64,000 nt of DNA from Vicugna vicugna (Eukaryota). The notes beneath the pieces are model-generated. The model was not told the DNA's origin and searched no databases. It saw only the letters and a program-made list of their open reading frames with translations. The position numbers and the translations under genes are program-made. The stretch covers positions 3,038,001 through 3,102,000 of the forward strand of contig MU058213.1 in the NCBI GenBank assembly GCA_013265495.1, in the 5' to 3' direction. Shown one piece after another: positions 13,068-26,899 of this stretch. Position 1 is the stretch's first letter; every line of letters begins with the position of its first letter.

Positions 13068-13875
13068 AGCAGGGTTTCACAACTTCAGCAATATTGACTT
13101 GTTGGACCAAATAATTCTTGGGTGTGGGGGACTGTCCTCTGCATTGTAGTGTTTTCCACAGGATCCCTGACCTCTATTCACCACTGTCGGAGCCAGCCGA
13201 CAATCGATCAGGTCCAGAAACCTGTGCTGCAGGACTGAGAAGAGAAAAGACGTAACAAAGAGACAACAAGACAAGAAAAGTTGGGGTTGAGAGGGTCTCA
13301 CTCTAGCCCGCAAGACGCTAGGTCAAGAGTGGACCTCGAGTTTATTTCAGGTGGTTCTTTTATATGATTTTAACCCATTAGCTCATACATTCCTGCACGT
13401 AGGCAATAAAGCCTAACCTCGTGACTCGTATACATTCAACTCAGGTGATACATTCAACTCAGGTGATTGTTCTCTAAAAGGATCACTGATTTGTGTGCCA
13501 ATTGTATCTCTCCCTCCGAAGGTCTTTTGTGACTTAATAGCTCAAAGATGTTTCCTCAGGCATTAGCGCACCTGGTGCATTCTTTAGTAAAAGGGGTGGC
13601 GGGACAGAGATTGTTCTAACTCAATTGACCTTTGAGCCGGGCGCCCCGCACTGTGGGAGTTTAGGCCCATCCTTTGTGCTCGGCAGCCTCAATCTCAGAG
13701 CCTGGCGCCCTGCACTTTGGGGTTTTACGCCCAAGTTTTGTGCTCGGCAGCCCTCCGTCACGAGCGGCTCCCCGCACACCACATGCACCACCTCAATGTA
13801 GGAGCCAAAAATGTCTCCCAACATTGACAAATGTCCCCTGAAAGGCCAAGCAGCATCCAGTCGAGAATCGCTGTT
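13068..13875. mobile_element. MER20-like hAT-Charlie MITE split by the solo LTR
   Basis: Both flanks (cagggtttcacaacttcagcaatattgac...; ccaaaaatgtctccaacattgacaaatgtcccctg) resemble recalled MER20. Confidence 0.75.
13185..13776 (-). mobile_element. Solo LTR, class II (betaretrovirus/ERVK-like), young
   Basis: Minus strand reads TG...CA. Perfect 6-bp TSD CACCAC at 13179-13184 and 13777-13782. TATA (13358-13365) lies close to AATAAA (13341-13346). CpGs retained. Confidence 0.88.
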
Positions 13876-13916
13876 TACGTGGAATCATATCATACCACTT
13901 CAAAACCCCAACTTTC

Positions 13917-14186
13917 CTTTCAGCTGAAGTATAGTCGATTTAACATCTTATATTGGTTTCAGGTATACAACATAGTGATTCAATATTTTTATAGCTCATA
14001 CTCCATTTAAAGTTATTACAAATAATGGCTATATTTCCCTATGCTGTACAATATATCCTTGTTGCTTATTAATTTTATACATAATAGTTTGTATTTCTTA
14101 CACCCTTACCCCTATCTTGTAGCTCCCCTCTTCCCTCTCCCCACTGGTGACCACTAGGGTGTTCTTCATATCTGAGTCTGTTTCTG
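13917..14186 (-). mobile_element. L1MA-like 3' end with TSD
   Basis: gaagtatagtcgattt...ttgtttct, flanked by near-identical aaacccc(c)aactttc repeats. Confidence 0.75.
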
Positions 14187-15934
14187 AAACCCCCAACTTT
14201 CACTTAACAATATAAGTACCTTTCCATGTAGTTAGAAACATTTCCGCAGCATCTTTTTAATGTCTTCAGAATAGTCTACTACATATTGTGCCATAGTTTA
14301 TTTAACCAGTCCTTGTTTTCAATGTTGTGCTAAAATACAAAGATCTTTGTGCATATATATTCTGGCACAAAATTATTTCTTACACTAAATTTCTTAAGAT
14401 ATCTGGGTCAAGGTGGGGATTTTTGATTTTTAATGTCTTCTTATTTTAAAGCTTTGACACACCCTTGCATTATTTTCTGTTTGAGATTGGTGTCAGTCTT
14501 TACCTGGGACATTCTCTCTCACTACTCCGTAAGTTCAGGGATTTATTTCTCTATACTACAGCATCTGTACATTGTTTAGAGCTGTGCCTGGTGCTCAGCT
14601 CAATATTCAGCGAATAGATGGATGAATAAGTGAAAGAATGGCAGTTAAAATTTCAAACACCTTGCAAAATGCTAATCTGAAACTTACTTTATCCAAAAAA
14701 AGCACATTTAAGGTTGGTTCAGAAGTAATAAATAGGTTGTCAATGTGTTTTCACTTCAGAGAGAAGAGTATTAAGAGCAGATTGAAAGTCCTAGACCTGA
14801 ACACTTTAGTTTCAAGTTTGCAGTTGGAGTGAAGAGATTTTGGTGGAGGTGGGAAAGTGATGAATTATTTATTGAGCCCCCCAGCTCTGCTGCTTCTTTA
14901 GAAGATAATACCTGTTTCACTGCTTTATGACCGTACAGCTTCCTTACTGGGAAGACAAGAATAAAGACAGAAAGTAGTTGTGTTTGAATATTTTTGTAAA
15001 ATCAAGACTAAGAAATTTAGAAGATGCTGCTTTAACTAGTCATTTGTGTTTTGTGATGGAAACATTCCAAAATGAGTTTGAACAGTTGATCTGCTTAACA
15101 CGCTGTACTTGTTCATATCTAATTAGTGGACCTTGAACCCCAAAGTGATGATCAGGGAAATCCAAATACGATTATAACAAGGGTATGAAAAACTGCTTCA
15201 AGTAATACTCCATCTTTCAGCTCTGTCCTCCTGCAGATGGTACAGTACACCTCTCTTAGACACAACACCCAACCTGTTCCACTCATAACGTCCTCTTAAC
15301 CTCTCTTTAAAGGTGGGTGAGTGTCAGTTTTTGTGGTAAACTACACCATGGCAGGAGCACAAATGAAAGGTGAAGAATACGGTGAGAACCTCATTTAGGA
15401 GTCAAGGAGTCTTAGCCAGGCCACTCATAATTGAGAGAATTAAAGAAGATAAAATATGTATATCCTAGCAAATGGCCCATACCATCCTCACTGCTTAATT
15501 CCAAGGTTACTTCGGTCCAGACGGAATATTAATCAAACTCCAAAAAAAAAAAGAAAGAAAGAAAGAATTATCTTAGTGCCCCAATTTGTTTTAAAATTCA
15601 AGAAATATCCAGTTAACTGTCATAGCGGAGTCATTAGGTACTTGGAAATTTTACATAACTGCTGCAGAAGTTATCCATGCATTGTGCTAAAAATATTTCC
15701 ATTATTTTGTTTTTTTGTTTTTGTTTTGGAGGAGAGGTAATTAGTCCATTATTTTGGGAGAGTCACTTGATAACATAAAGAAATATATTAAGAGTGCTTG
15801 GTAAAATTCCTCACGAAAAGGCACTATTTGAAAACAACATTGTATTAGCTACCTAAACTAAGAAATTCTAGATATTATAGATGTTAGTCCTCAACCTTGG
15901 AAACACATTAGAATAACCTGGTAGTATTTTCCAA

Positions 15935-18410
15935 CTTTCTTTGGTTAAAATTGACAAAATTGTAAGATATTTAAAATGTTCAACCTAATAATTTTGTGTG
16001 TGTGTGTATACACACACACATTGTGAAGGGATTCCCCCATCAAACTGACACATTTACCTTTTGTGTGTGTGAGACACAAGTTTTACTCCTAGCAAGCTTC
16101 AATTAGACAATAACGTTACCACTACCACAGTTGCTATGTTTTACGTTAGACCCTCCTGCCCCATTCTCCTGCCCCCAGCAGGCACTTTCCTACCATTTCT
16201 TTGAGTTTCACCTCATTTTTTAATTCCACATATAAATGATACCTTGTAGTACTTACCTATTTCGCTTATTTCATTTAACATAATGCCTTGCAGGTCCATG
16301 CATGTTATCACAAAAGGACAGGCTTTCTTTTTTCTATGACTGAATAACAATGTGTGTGAGTATTCACATTTTCTTGATCCATTCACGATCAACAGACACT
16401 TAGACTGCTTCCACATCTTGGCTATTGAAAATAATTCACAATGAACATGGGACATGGGAGTACAGACACCTCTTTGCCACCATACTTCTCCTTCTTTTTG
16501 ACAGTTAAGAAGTAGGATGGCTGGGTCATATGGTAAGTTCTAAATTTTTAATTCCCACCAACAGGGCACAAAGTTGCATTTTCTCCACATCCTCACTGTA
16601 ATGTTAACTCTTTTTTTTTTTTGGCTGTTTTTATTGAAGTATAGTTGATTAACAATGTTATATTAATTTCAAGTATGTAACACAGTGATTTGAATATTAC
16701 AGGCTATATTCCATTTAAAGTTATTATAAAATATCGGTTATACTCCTTGTGCTGTACATTACATCATTTTATCTTATTTTATATGTATCAGCTTGTACCT
16801 CTTCATCCCCTTGCCCTATTTTGCCCCTCTCCCCACACTCTACCCTCTGATACCTAGTTTGTTCTCTGTATCTTGAGTCTGTTTTGTTAACATTTATTTT
16901 TTAGATTCCACATATAAGTGAAAATATACGGTATTTATCTTTCTCTGTCTGACATATTTCACTAGGATACTATCCTCCAAGGCCTTCCATGTTTTTGCAA
17001 ATGGCAAATTTTCATTATTTTTGTGGCTGAATAATATTCCATTGTGTGTGTATACACACATACATACATACACATACACACACACACACACTCCCCACAT
17101 CATCTTTATCCATTCATCTGTTGATAGACATTTAGCTTGCTTCTATATCTTGACTATTGTAAACAGTGCTGCTTTGAACATTAGGGTGCATATATCTTTT
17201 TGAATTGTGTTCTTCAGATATATACCCAGGAGTGGAATTGTGAAATCATATGGTAGTCCTATTTTTAATATTCATAGGAACCTCCATACTGTTTTCCATA
17301 GTAGCTGTACCAATTTACATTCCCACCAACAGTGAACAAGGGTTCCCTTTTCTCCACATCCTTGCCAACATTTATTCCTCGTCTTTTTGACATTAGTCAT
17401 TCTGACAGGTGTGAGGTGATAGCTCATTGTGGTTCTGATTTGCATTTCCCTGAATGTTTGGTGATGCTGAGCATATTTTCATATGCCTACTGGCCATCTG
17501 TACATCTTCTCTGGAAAGATATTTATTCAAGCCTTCACGCCATTTCTTAATCAGGTTTTTTTGATAGTGAATTGTGTGAGTTTTTGATACATTTTGGATA
17601 TAGGCCCCTTGTCAGTTATATCATTTGCAAACATCTTCTCCCACTTGGTAGGTTATCTTTTCATTTGTTCATGGTCTCCTTTGCAAAAGCTTTTAAGTCT
17701 AATTAGGTAAAATTTGTTTATTTTTGCTACTGTTTTCCTTGCCTAAGGAAACACACCATTTTTTTTTTTTTTTGCTAAGAATTATGTCAAACAGTTCACT
17801 GCCTATTTTTTCTCCTAGGAGTTTTATGATTTCTGGTCTTTTGTTTAGGTTTTTACAATTTCAAGTTTATTTTTGTACATGGTATGAGAGAATATTCTAA
17901 CTTCATTTTTTTTCCACATGTAGTAGTCCAATGCTCTCAGCACTGCTTATTTAAGAGAGACTGTATTTTCCCCGTTGCATATTTTTACCCCTTTTGTTGT
18001 AGACTGGTTGACCATAGGTGTGTGGGTTTACTTCTGGGCTCTCTATATTGTTCCATTGATCCATACGTCTGTTTTGTGCCAGTGCTTTACTCTTTTGATC
18101 ACCATAGCTTTGAAGTATAGTCTGAAATCAGGGAGTGTGATACTTCCAGCTTTGTACTTTTTTCTCCAGGTTGCTTTGGCTATTTGTGGTATTTTGTAGT
18201 TCCATGTGACTTTTGGGATTGTTTTAGTTCTGCAAAGAATGTCACAGGTATTTTGATAGGGACTGCATTAAATCTGTAGATTTGGGTGACATGAACACTT
18301 TAACAACATTAATTCTTCCAGTCTATGAATACGGAATATCTTTCCATTTCTTTCTATCATCTTCAATTTCCCTCATCAATGTTTTTATAAAAAGTTTTCA
18401 GAGTAGAGGT
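15935..18410 (-). mobile_element. L1 cluster (3'UTR and ORF2 3' part, at least two elements)
   Basis: Antisense peptides AKMWKQSKC and LPFAKTWK, poly-T at 16611-16622, long ORF2-like antisense stretch. Confidence 0.85.
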
Positions 18411-18419
18411 CTTTCTCTC

Positions 18420-19440
18420 CCATTGCTGACCCTCTCATTTTCCATCTGCATTGCTCCCTAACCTCAGCAGCTTTTTGACCATTATTTTGAAGTCTATCAG
18501 GTACATCACTTTTCTCCATTTTATTAAGATCTTTTTCTAGAGATTATCTTGTTCTTTTGCTGGGAACATATTCCTGTTTCTTCATTTTCCTTGACTCTGT
18601 CGATTTCTGAGCATTAGATAAAACAGCCACCTCTCCCAGCCTTGACAGAACGGTCTTGTGTAGGAGATAAGCCTCATCTATCAGCCTGGCTCTGGCTCCT
18701 GGTTCTCTCAAACCTCTGGGATTATCCAAGGTGTCTCCTTTGTTCTCAGTGGCTCGCAGTAGTTGAGGGCATGCCAACACCAATCAGTGTCCTAAAATGG
18801 AGAATCTCAGCCAGCATCTAGATACAGACTGACTGTAAGGCAGACCCTTAGGCAGCAGCTGGGGAAGTATGTTGCTAAGCCCCTTCCAGGGAGAAGCTGG
18901 GAGATAAGCATTTTTGCCTGCATGCTCTGCTCTGGGCCCACATATGTAGCTGCAGAGATTAGGGGGTGCTTCTGTGCCCATTAAGAAATGCTTCTATTTG
19001 CTACTGTCCTGTGGGACTCATGAAGGCAAGCCCTGTTAGCAATCAGAGCCAGGCCCACCCCTTAGAAGCAGCAGCAAAGTTGGGCATAGATATGCGTACA
19101 AGCTCCTTCCTTGGTGACACTGGCGAGTTTGAGTGGCTATAAGGAGACAGCAGGGGAGGTGTCCACCAGCTTCCCGGCTCCAGGGATCACAGCTAACACC
19201 TAGATATGTGGTATAAGGTATAAGCCTGACCCTGAAGCAGCAGGTTTCAAAGTACGCAGATACGCTCTTTCAGAAAAAGTGGAAAACTGCTGATTTTTGC
19301 CTGCTTCTTTGACTCTAGGCCCACAGGGCAGCTAGCCACAACAAGTGCTCTCACACCCTTCAACAACTGCTCCTTTGTTTGCTAGTTGTGTGGGTGCAAG
19401 CCTCTTTGGCCTTCAGAGCTAGGTGTTTCGGAGGACCCAC
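18420..19440 (-). mobile_element. Old L1M 5'UTR / ORF1-start fragment
   Basis: Antisense ESRKMKKQE-type ORF1 start preceded by GC-richer 5'UTR-like sequence. Confidence 0.55.
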
Positions 19441-22400
19441 CTGGAGGGAGGGAGTTCAAGTACCCCTTTGTCATCATCTTCTCTGACTCTCGCACCTGGT
19501 AACTTTTTAAAAATACCAATGCCTGGGCCTCTATCTCAGATTCTCATTTCACTGGTCTGGGGCAGGGACCTGGCACTGATAACTGTAAACTGCCCCAGAG
19601 ATTTGCATGTGCCATCAGGCTGGAGGGCCCTGTCTGGGTGCTACTGTAGCTCATCCTCAACAGTTTTGACCAAAGCCTCCTGGATCCCTAATCTCCAGTG
19701 GGGACTTCCCATCAAGAGAAAGGAATGCTGTTGCTCAGTAGGGCCCAGAGTATTTCTGAGGGTCCACTAAGTAACAGTGGGAATGAAACACTGCCACGTG
19801 TGCTCATGCATTGTGAGAACATGATTTTAGATCCCTTTGCACATCACTTATTAGAAAGACAAATCAAATAACACACTGGACATCTTCAAAACTCGCCTCT
19901 CACCTCAGATGAAGCCTGAAGCTTGTCAGCATCAGAGCTTCCAGCCCCTGGGACAAAGACATAACTTACTGGCAGTAAGCCTGACAGCGTTAGAGAATTT
20001 AAGAACTGACCCGAGAGCAATAGCTATTAGATTTAAACAGTCCTATAAAACGTGAACTGTAACTAGAGGAATATACCTCAAAATGATAAGATTTCTCAAA
20101 TATAACAAATTATTGTGTTGCCAAATGAGGCAAACAATGCCTCACACCCAGCAGACACAAAATAAAAATTTTAAATACTGGAATACTCATCAATTAAAGC
20201 AGGTGTTAATAAAATTTCAAGTTTTCTTTGGATAACAAGATTAGCATGCATTTCAGGGGTAAATGAACACTTTCTCCAACAATTATACTATAATTATAGG
20301 TATTGCAGTACTTTTTGAAGGAAAGTAAATTTCAAAAAAACATTCATTTCATTAAATGCTGTCTGAATTGTACTTAACCTAAAGGAGATGATCACCTGTC
20401 AGTCCTGGAAGAACTGGTAAGAAAAAGTGCCCAGTCTAGAGTCACAAGTCAAAGTGCTCTATGAAATCTATCCTTTTCTCCAGGACATTTTTACCACTAG
20501 ATTTTTCTCCTTGAATGAATGAACATACGTATCCTGAGCACCAATATGCTAGATGCCGTTTAGGGTATCAGCTAGTGACTGAGCCAGAGTCTGAATCTAA
20601 GCTCTGCAGCTTGTTCTTGACACATGGAGCAGGCTATACAGTTTCACAGTCTCACATTCCTCATCTGCAAAAGGAGGACATCAACTTATAGGGTTATTAT
20701 AACATATGCAACATACCTGGCTCTAACAGTTAACATAGCACTGGATTCTCACAACTCTGGGACAAGGTGGTACTGCCTGTTTGCAAACATGTGATCAAAG
20801 GAACTGAGAGGTTAAGACCTGGATATTGGTTCCTTTGAGGTATTTTCCTTTACATTAACTCACGTGCATTGTATATTCTTCTAGAAATGGGGAAACTGTC
20901 TCTAGGAAGTCAAAAAGCTACCGGCTCTGGTGTTTGGCAGCATGAAGAATGTCAAGAGTACTGAAGAGGAACTCAGTGGGCAACACAATGCAGGCGCCTG
21001 CAGTTTAACATGGTACGAGTTATGCTGTATCATCATTTGCTTCTGAATCCTTTTCATCAGGTGGACTGCCTGAAATGCGTGCTCACTGCCTACACTGCAT
21101 TCCCTGATATCACAAGAGTTAATGTGTAACAGTATCATTAAATGTACACTGGAAAGGGGGTGTGGGGCAACTCACTGACTAGAATGGCAGACTTTTGCTT
21201 GGTGTTCCTCTTAAGAGTTCATGGCTTGGTGTCAAACCAAACATATATGCACTTTACTGGAATGTTCTAAACAAATGAAATATACTAACCATGTATTTAA
21301 AAGCTGACAGTCTGAAAACAAAGAGTTCCTCAAAATGCCAAGGAACCAGATTCCTATATTTTTTGGTTAGTTAACATTCCTTAAGAAAAGCAGTACTCAT
21401 TGTTTTAACAGATTCTCCCCAATTAGTTGTCCTTACTTCTATTTTTAGATTCCGTGGCTCCTGAAGTAAACTACTACTTTCATCAGCAAAGCAAGTTCCA
21501 GGCAAAACTTCTTTAAGAAACCTGCCCAAATAGCTCATGCAGAGCCTTCCTGGGATGTCTTGACATGTGAATGCTACAGCCAGACCCATAAATGCAGGTG
21601 TATCACCACTAGACAATTCGACCTAAGCAGCAAAATCAGTTTTGCAACCGAAGGTAAGCGCTGCTCTTCACAGCAAGTCTTCCCAACAGTGTAGATTTAA
21701 TTAATGTCAGAGTCACAGGCTGCTTCCTTTCCTAACGTCTCTCTCTACTGCTAATTTATTCTTTGTATCTTTCACTTTGCTGGTTATTTTAAAAATAAAC
21801 TGCAGTACACTTAGCAAATGGCTACACACACACTTTCCATTTAGCCACATTTATCGAGCACCTTCCATGCACCAGGTACCTAATATATGCCTGGGATAAG
21901 AAACAGTCCCTCACTCTTAAGAGACCGTGATAGAAAAGGACTGCCTGAATTTGCTGCAGAGGATGGGGATGTCTAACAGTCAAGATTCTTTGTTACAAAC
22001 TTTGGTAAAAGGAATTTATTGGCAGGATCACAGGGAGGCCACAGAATCAATGGGAGCCTATAGAATCAATTCACATATCTGGTATATCCCAGGGATGCTC
22101 ATGTGGTAGAAACATCACCTACAACCCCTACATGATAGCTTCAATTAACATAGGAAACCGAGGGACAGTATTCAAGCAGGATAGCTTAACTTAGAGGCTC
22201 ATCCCATGGCACCAGAAGCTAGATTGTTACATTCACAACATAAAAGTCATTTCTCCTTTAAAAAGAAATTCATCAACAGACACAAAAATGATTCAAATCG
22301 ACATGCGGCTGATTGGTACACTCAGTATAAAGACATGCGGGGTACAACTTGTGGGTTACCTTTTTAATTCTGCTATGTATCAGTAAAGAATACAGACTTT

Positions 22401-24239
22401 AGGAAAATTCTTCCTATAGCCTTTGAAATTGATTTTTTATATATTTTTCCCCTTATTTCTTCAACACTCTTAAATCAGCAGGCTGCCATGTTAATTTTTA
22501 CAAGGTGTAGTCTTCGTTCAATGTTAGAATTTAATCACTCAGTATAAAGTCTGATGCCTTTTTCCAAATCTCCATTTAAAATGTAAGCTAAAGGACAAAA
22601 GGAAAAAATTACTTCCCATGTGTCATATAAATTAGCCCTTAAAATTGTGGGCAATGACTCATTTTTTAAAATAATGCTGATGAACCAGAAATGTATTTCT
22701 TCCTCCCAATCTTCACAAGAGAATAGGGATAAGATGCTCTTAATAACTGAACTCTCCAGCTGATACAAAGGCTAAAATTAACAATTTAAACTATATATAC
22801 ATTCCTTCATAAACTAAGTATAGCGCACTCAATTTAGCACAGCTAGCGCCAAACCCTAAGACCCTCCACCTTTCTCCCAAGTCAAAGCCCTTTGCTGTTA
22901 GTAAGTTTTGTGTGGTCACAAAGCCAATCCTAATAGCTAACATTTTAACACTAGCTTACCTCTTAAAAAGGCTGAGATTTGTCCTATTACCGTCTCCATT
23001 CTTTTTTTCAGATGAAGAAACCAAAGCATAGTCAAGTGAGCACTGCAGCAATCACCTGGTTTGGTGAAGACTGCATCTGAGAGACTCTACATACATCCCC
23101 TCTACATATCTGCAGGGCAAGGTTGGAGACAGACAGGTAAGAACACAGATTCCTGCCTCCTCCATCTTCTATTCCATGCGATAAAGGGGCTAGTTACTTA
23201 CACCTAGTATTTTTCCATTTATAAAACTGGAATAATGCTTCTACTTCATCAGATAATAGGCTAGTCCTTCTCAAACTCCCATCTACAGGATGAACATCTT
23301 CCTAGGGTTTTTATTTTTAAGGAATGAGATTTTGTTTTTAATGTAAGAATTTTTTGCTGCACTCTAACAAGGTTTAAGACATATGTGTTAAAAAAAAATT
23401 CTGAGAGAATACATTCTATACAGAGTGTCTGGACAATTTTATGCTTTTATGTTATGCTAAATGGCCAGCAGAGGTCTGAACCAGACAAGGTGAAACAACA
23501 GTAGCCTAAAAGCACTGTGCCACACTACCTCTCAGGCAACACTTTCAAGGGGCAACTCATCCTCAGTGATCTGACCAGCTTAGAAAGCTGTGGGTGGATA
23601 AAAGCATGGCATTTGCATCCAAAAACTTTATAATGAGCGCTGGTATCTCAAAGTACTGTGAAATCCTGACAGCTAAGAGAACTGTCTGAGATGCAATGTC
23701 AGCTCTTTGTTCGAGTCAGTTTCCCAAAATTAATGATTTCAAAGCAACAGCCAAGCTGCTCCCTAACTAGGACAGGAGGAGCTATTGTTTCCTAATAGTA
23801 TACAATTTTTAAAATATTTATATTAAAACATGAGTATCATATAAAATGAAAACTTTAAGTAATTTTACAAATGTCTTTGCACACATATTTCCCCTAATTG
23901 TTACATCAATAATGTCATTTACAAATGAGCCATCTTTTCAAAATAAGACAAAGCTGGAATTCAGGTCTTCTAAAATTCAGGTCTTGGTCTAACAATCAAT
24001 CAATTTTTTTTAATCTAATACTGAAATAAAAATAATGCCATTATTATGTAATTATAATTTTATAATGTATAATTTTTCTAAATTTTCTTCCTAAAAACAT
24101 TAAAACTGAGTTACTTAATATTCTTAACATACTTAATCATAAATTACGTAAAAATATAGAAACATGAACCATAAAGTACACAGTTTTAACTATATCTCCT
24201 ACTTCAGTAGTACGTGTGGGCAAAGTAATTTTCTTTCAA

Positions 24240-25124
24240 GTAATCAGTAAGTCATACCTTTTATTTAGTACTTTTAAATAATACATAAGTAGGCACTTAC
24301 TTTAGAAACTACAGTATGTGCCAATAATGTACAATATGCTACCCATACGTTCAATTTTTCCAAAAACAATTAGGAGGTGTTTTTTTTTTTTTAAGAAAAC
24401 AAGAAATTTTAATAGGTACTGGATTCCTCTGATTCTAACTCATTGCTAGGCTCGAAAAAATAGGCTTTTTCTACCAAGAATCTGAAATTAGAATTGAGTC
24501 TTCTCCAAAGCAGAAATTATAGAGTACAGCGCTATTTCAGGAACAGACTATTCAGCTCTCACCCCCAATATCCACAAATGCCTATCATAATAGTTAAACC
24601 AGGTCAAAACAGTCCATAATTAGGCTTCAATATAATATGCTAGGCCATTATGTTCTAAGATGCTAATAAACCAAAACCAGAAATGTTGAAATCAAAAGAT
24701 ACTACTTGAGGCTACTTATCACATAGATTGTTACTTCCTTGTTGTACTCCTAGAACATTAATAAAGGGAATATTTTACTGCAGAAAAAATTTTATTTTAC
24801 ATATCACTAGCCATGAATTTGTCATTAGTTATTATGTAAATACTGCCTAGTGCCAGTAAACAAATGGCATGGCCATTTTATGTCCACAATTCACCTCTGT
24901 ATTTACAAACAGAATGTTCATGATTTATAAAAGGGTATCTATCAGTGGTTTAACGTTGAGATGCAATCTAGCATCCGTTATATCTGGTGTTCTGCAGATA
25001 GCAACGTAGGAGAGAAGTATTTTAATCTCCTTTCCTTTGAGTGACCTTAGGTAAAAAAAGAAATCAATAATTTAGAAGTTCTAGCTCTCCAAAGGAGATT
25101 ATAGAAATGGTTACAGACAGGGTA
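24240..25124 (-). other. RSL24D1: RSL24D1 3'UTR with candidate polyadenylation signals
   Basis: Minus-strand AATAAA at 24791-24796 and 24260-24265. Confidence 0.6.
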
Positions 25125-25198
25125 TTAAGAAACCTCTTCCATGTCCACATCCTCTTGTAATTTCTGTACCATTTTGTCTTCCAGCTGCTTTCCTTTGC
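25125..25198 (-). CDS. RSL24D1: RSL24D1 last coding exon (KGKQLEDKMVQKLQEDVDMEEVS*)
   Basis: ttttaag acceptor, TAA stop. 74 nt; the six exons sum to 492 nt (163 aa). Confidence 0.96.
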
Positions 25199-25369
25199 CT
25201 TAAAAAAAATTAAAAAATAAACTTTATCAATTCAGTGCGACCTTACAGAACTCATATCAGCACTTAAAAAACGAATATTTAATGTTATTTTAAAACATCC
25301 AAGATCCTAAGTAGTTTAGAAATAGCAACAAAGCGTACACGAATCTTATATCACAATTTACATATATTT

Positions 25370-25540
25370 GCTCATTTCACCCTCGTGACAACATACGTTT
25401 TAAAGATGAGAAAACTGAGGCACAGAGATAGATGACTGACCTAGGTCACTCACCCAGTAAGTCCAGTAAGACAAAGAGCTGAGATGTAAAGCCCTGGCCA
25501 TCTGCAACCAAGGTCTCTGCTCTTAACACTGTACTATGTA
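25370..25540 (-). mobile_element. MIR in RSL24D1 intron 5
   Basis: gatgagaaaactgaggcacagaga core. Confidence 0.75.
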
Positions 25541-26418
25541 CCTCAAAAAGGGTTACCTAAAAACTTAGGTACCTAACAACTTGGATAACAATGGTTCATT
25601 CTTCTGTTTTTATCACCTATAAGGGAACCAAATGCGCCAGGATTTTATCTATTTTAATAAAATTTGGTACAAAAACCACCTACCTAGGACTTCTGCAAAA
25701 ATCTACTCAATACGTGGTTACAGAATTTGACTTGGCTAAGGTTTAGGCAAAGCTAAATCTCACCAAAATTTCTCCCCCTTTAAGTAACTTGTATCAATAA
25801 GTAAACTGTAAGCAAGTAGACTGTACTCAGCGCCAGCTGCATAAGACTGGTTTTCTAGTGCCTCACAGAAGGAAGCATGCACACGAGCAACTGCCCAAAT
25901 GAGTGTCTAGCTGTAAGGTATGCGAGTACAAAGAGGGGTCTTAATATGGAACTTCAGTTTTGACACGAAGCATCGAAATCACCCGGAGAACCACAGAAGA
26001 ACAGAGGCTCAGGCTCAAAGGGCCTGGACTTCAGTGTTTACATATAAAGTTTCCCAGTAACTGCCACACAACCGAAGTATGCGAACTACTAATACAGAAC
26101 GCTGTCCATTAATCAAAACAGTTATGAGGAGAAGTCATCTATTACTACTCAACTCCTTCTGATTAACTTGGAGAGAGATCTTATGGAACCTAGTATTTTA
26201 TGAAGGTAAAAGGAAACACTATGCGCAGTAAATTGACCAGAACTGCGAAACACACTGAATAAATTTTTATAAATAACTCATAAATGAGAGAGAACATTTC
26301 CTGAAAAAAAGATTCACCCTTAAAAAGTTGTTTGGTATCCAATTACACAGACCACAAAAATCTAGAATTTTCGTTTCTCTACTTAAGGCAGAGAACATCT
26401 GCGTAGTGCAGTACTCAC

Positions 26419-26504
26419 CCGCAAGAGGGGCACGGATAAGATGGATGTTTTGCTTGACTTCTTTGATGTCCTGAACTTTCTGTAGTTCTTTATTTTTCTT
26501 CAAC
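26419..26504 (-). CDS. RSL24D1: RSL24D1 exon 5 ([28 protein letters not shown])
   Basis: cctag acceptor, GTGAGT donor. 86 nt. Confidence 0.97.
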
Positions 26505-26899
26505 CTAGGATAAAACACATCAAGGCCAAAATTTCAGTTACTAAAACCTCTTTAAAAGACATCAATTCGTAATTTGTAAAAATTGAGACTGAAGCTAAGA
26601 ATTAACAAGACTCAGATTATACACATACAGTAAAACAAATCTATTAAAGTACCTATATCTTCTCCTCAAATGGAGAACACAGTCTAATTTCTTAAGTCAT
26701 TCAGTAATTACAAGAGCACAAAACATGTAAGACACTAAAAAAAAACAAAAATGCTGACAGACTAGTTCTCAAGCATTTGGGCCCCTTTTGGTAATCCTTT
26801 AACACTTTTTTTTTTTAAGCCAGAAACCTGTTGGCATGTGCTTCTTTTCTATGACAGACTTTTGTGGTGATTAGATCAAAATTGATTCTCCTTTTAAAG

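Noticed and set aside
15997..16020. 24-bp palindrome (TG)5TATA(CA)5
   Set aside because: A common microsatellite configuration inside an L1 3'UTR with no sign of function.
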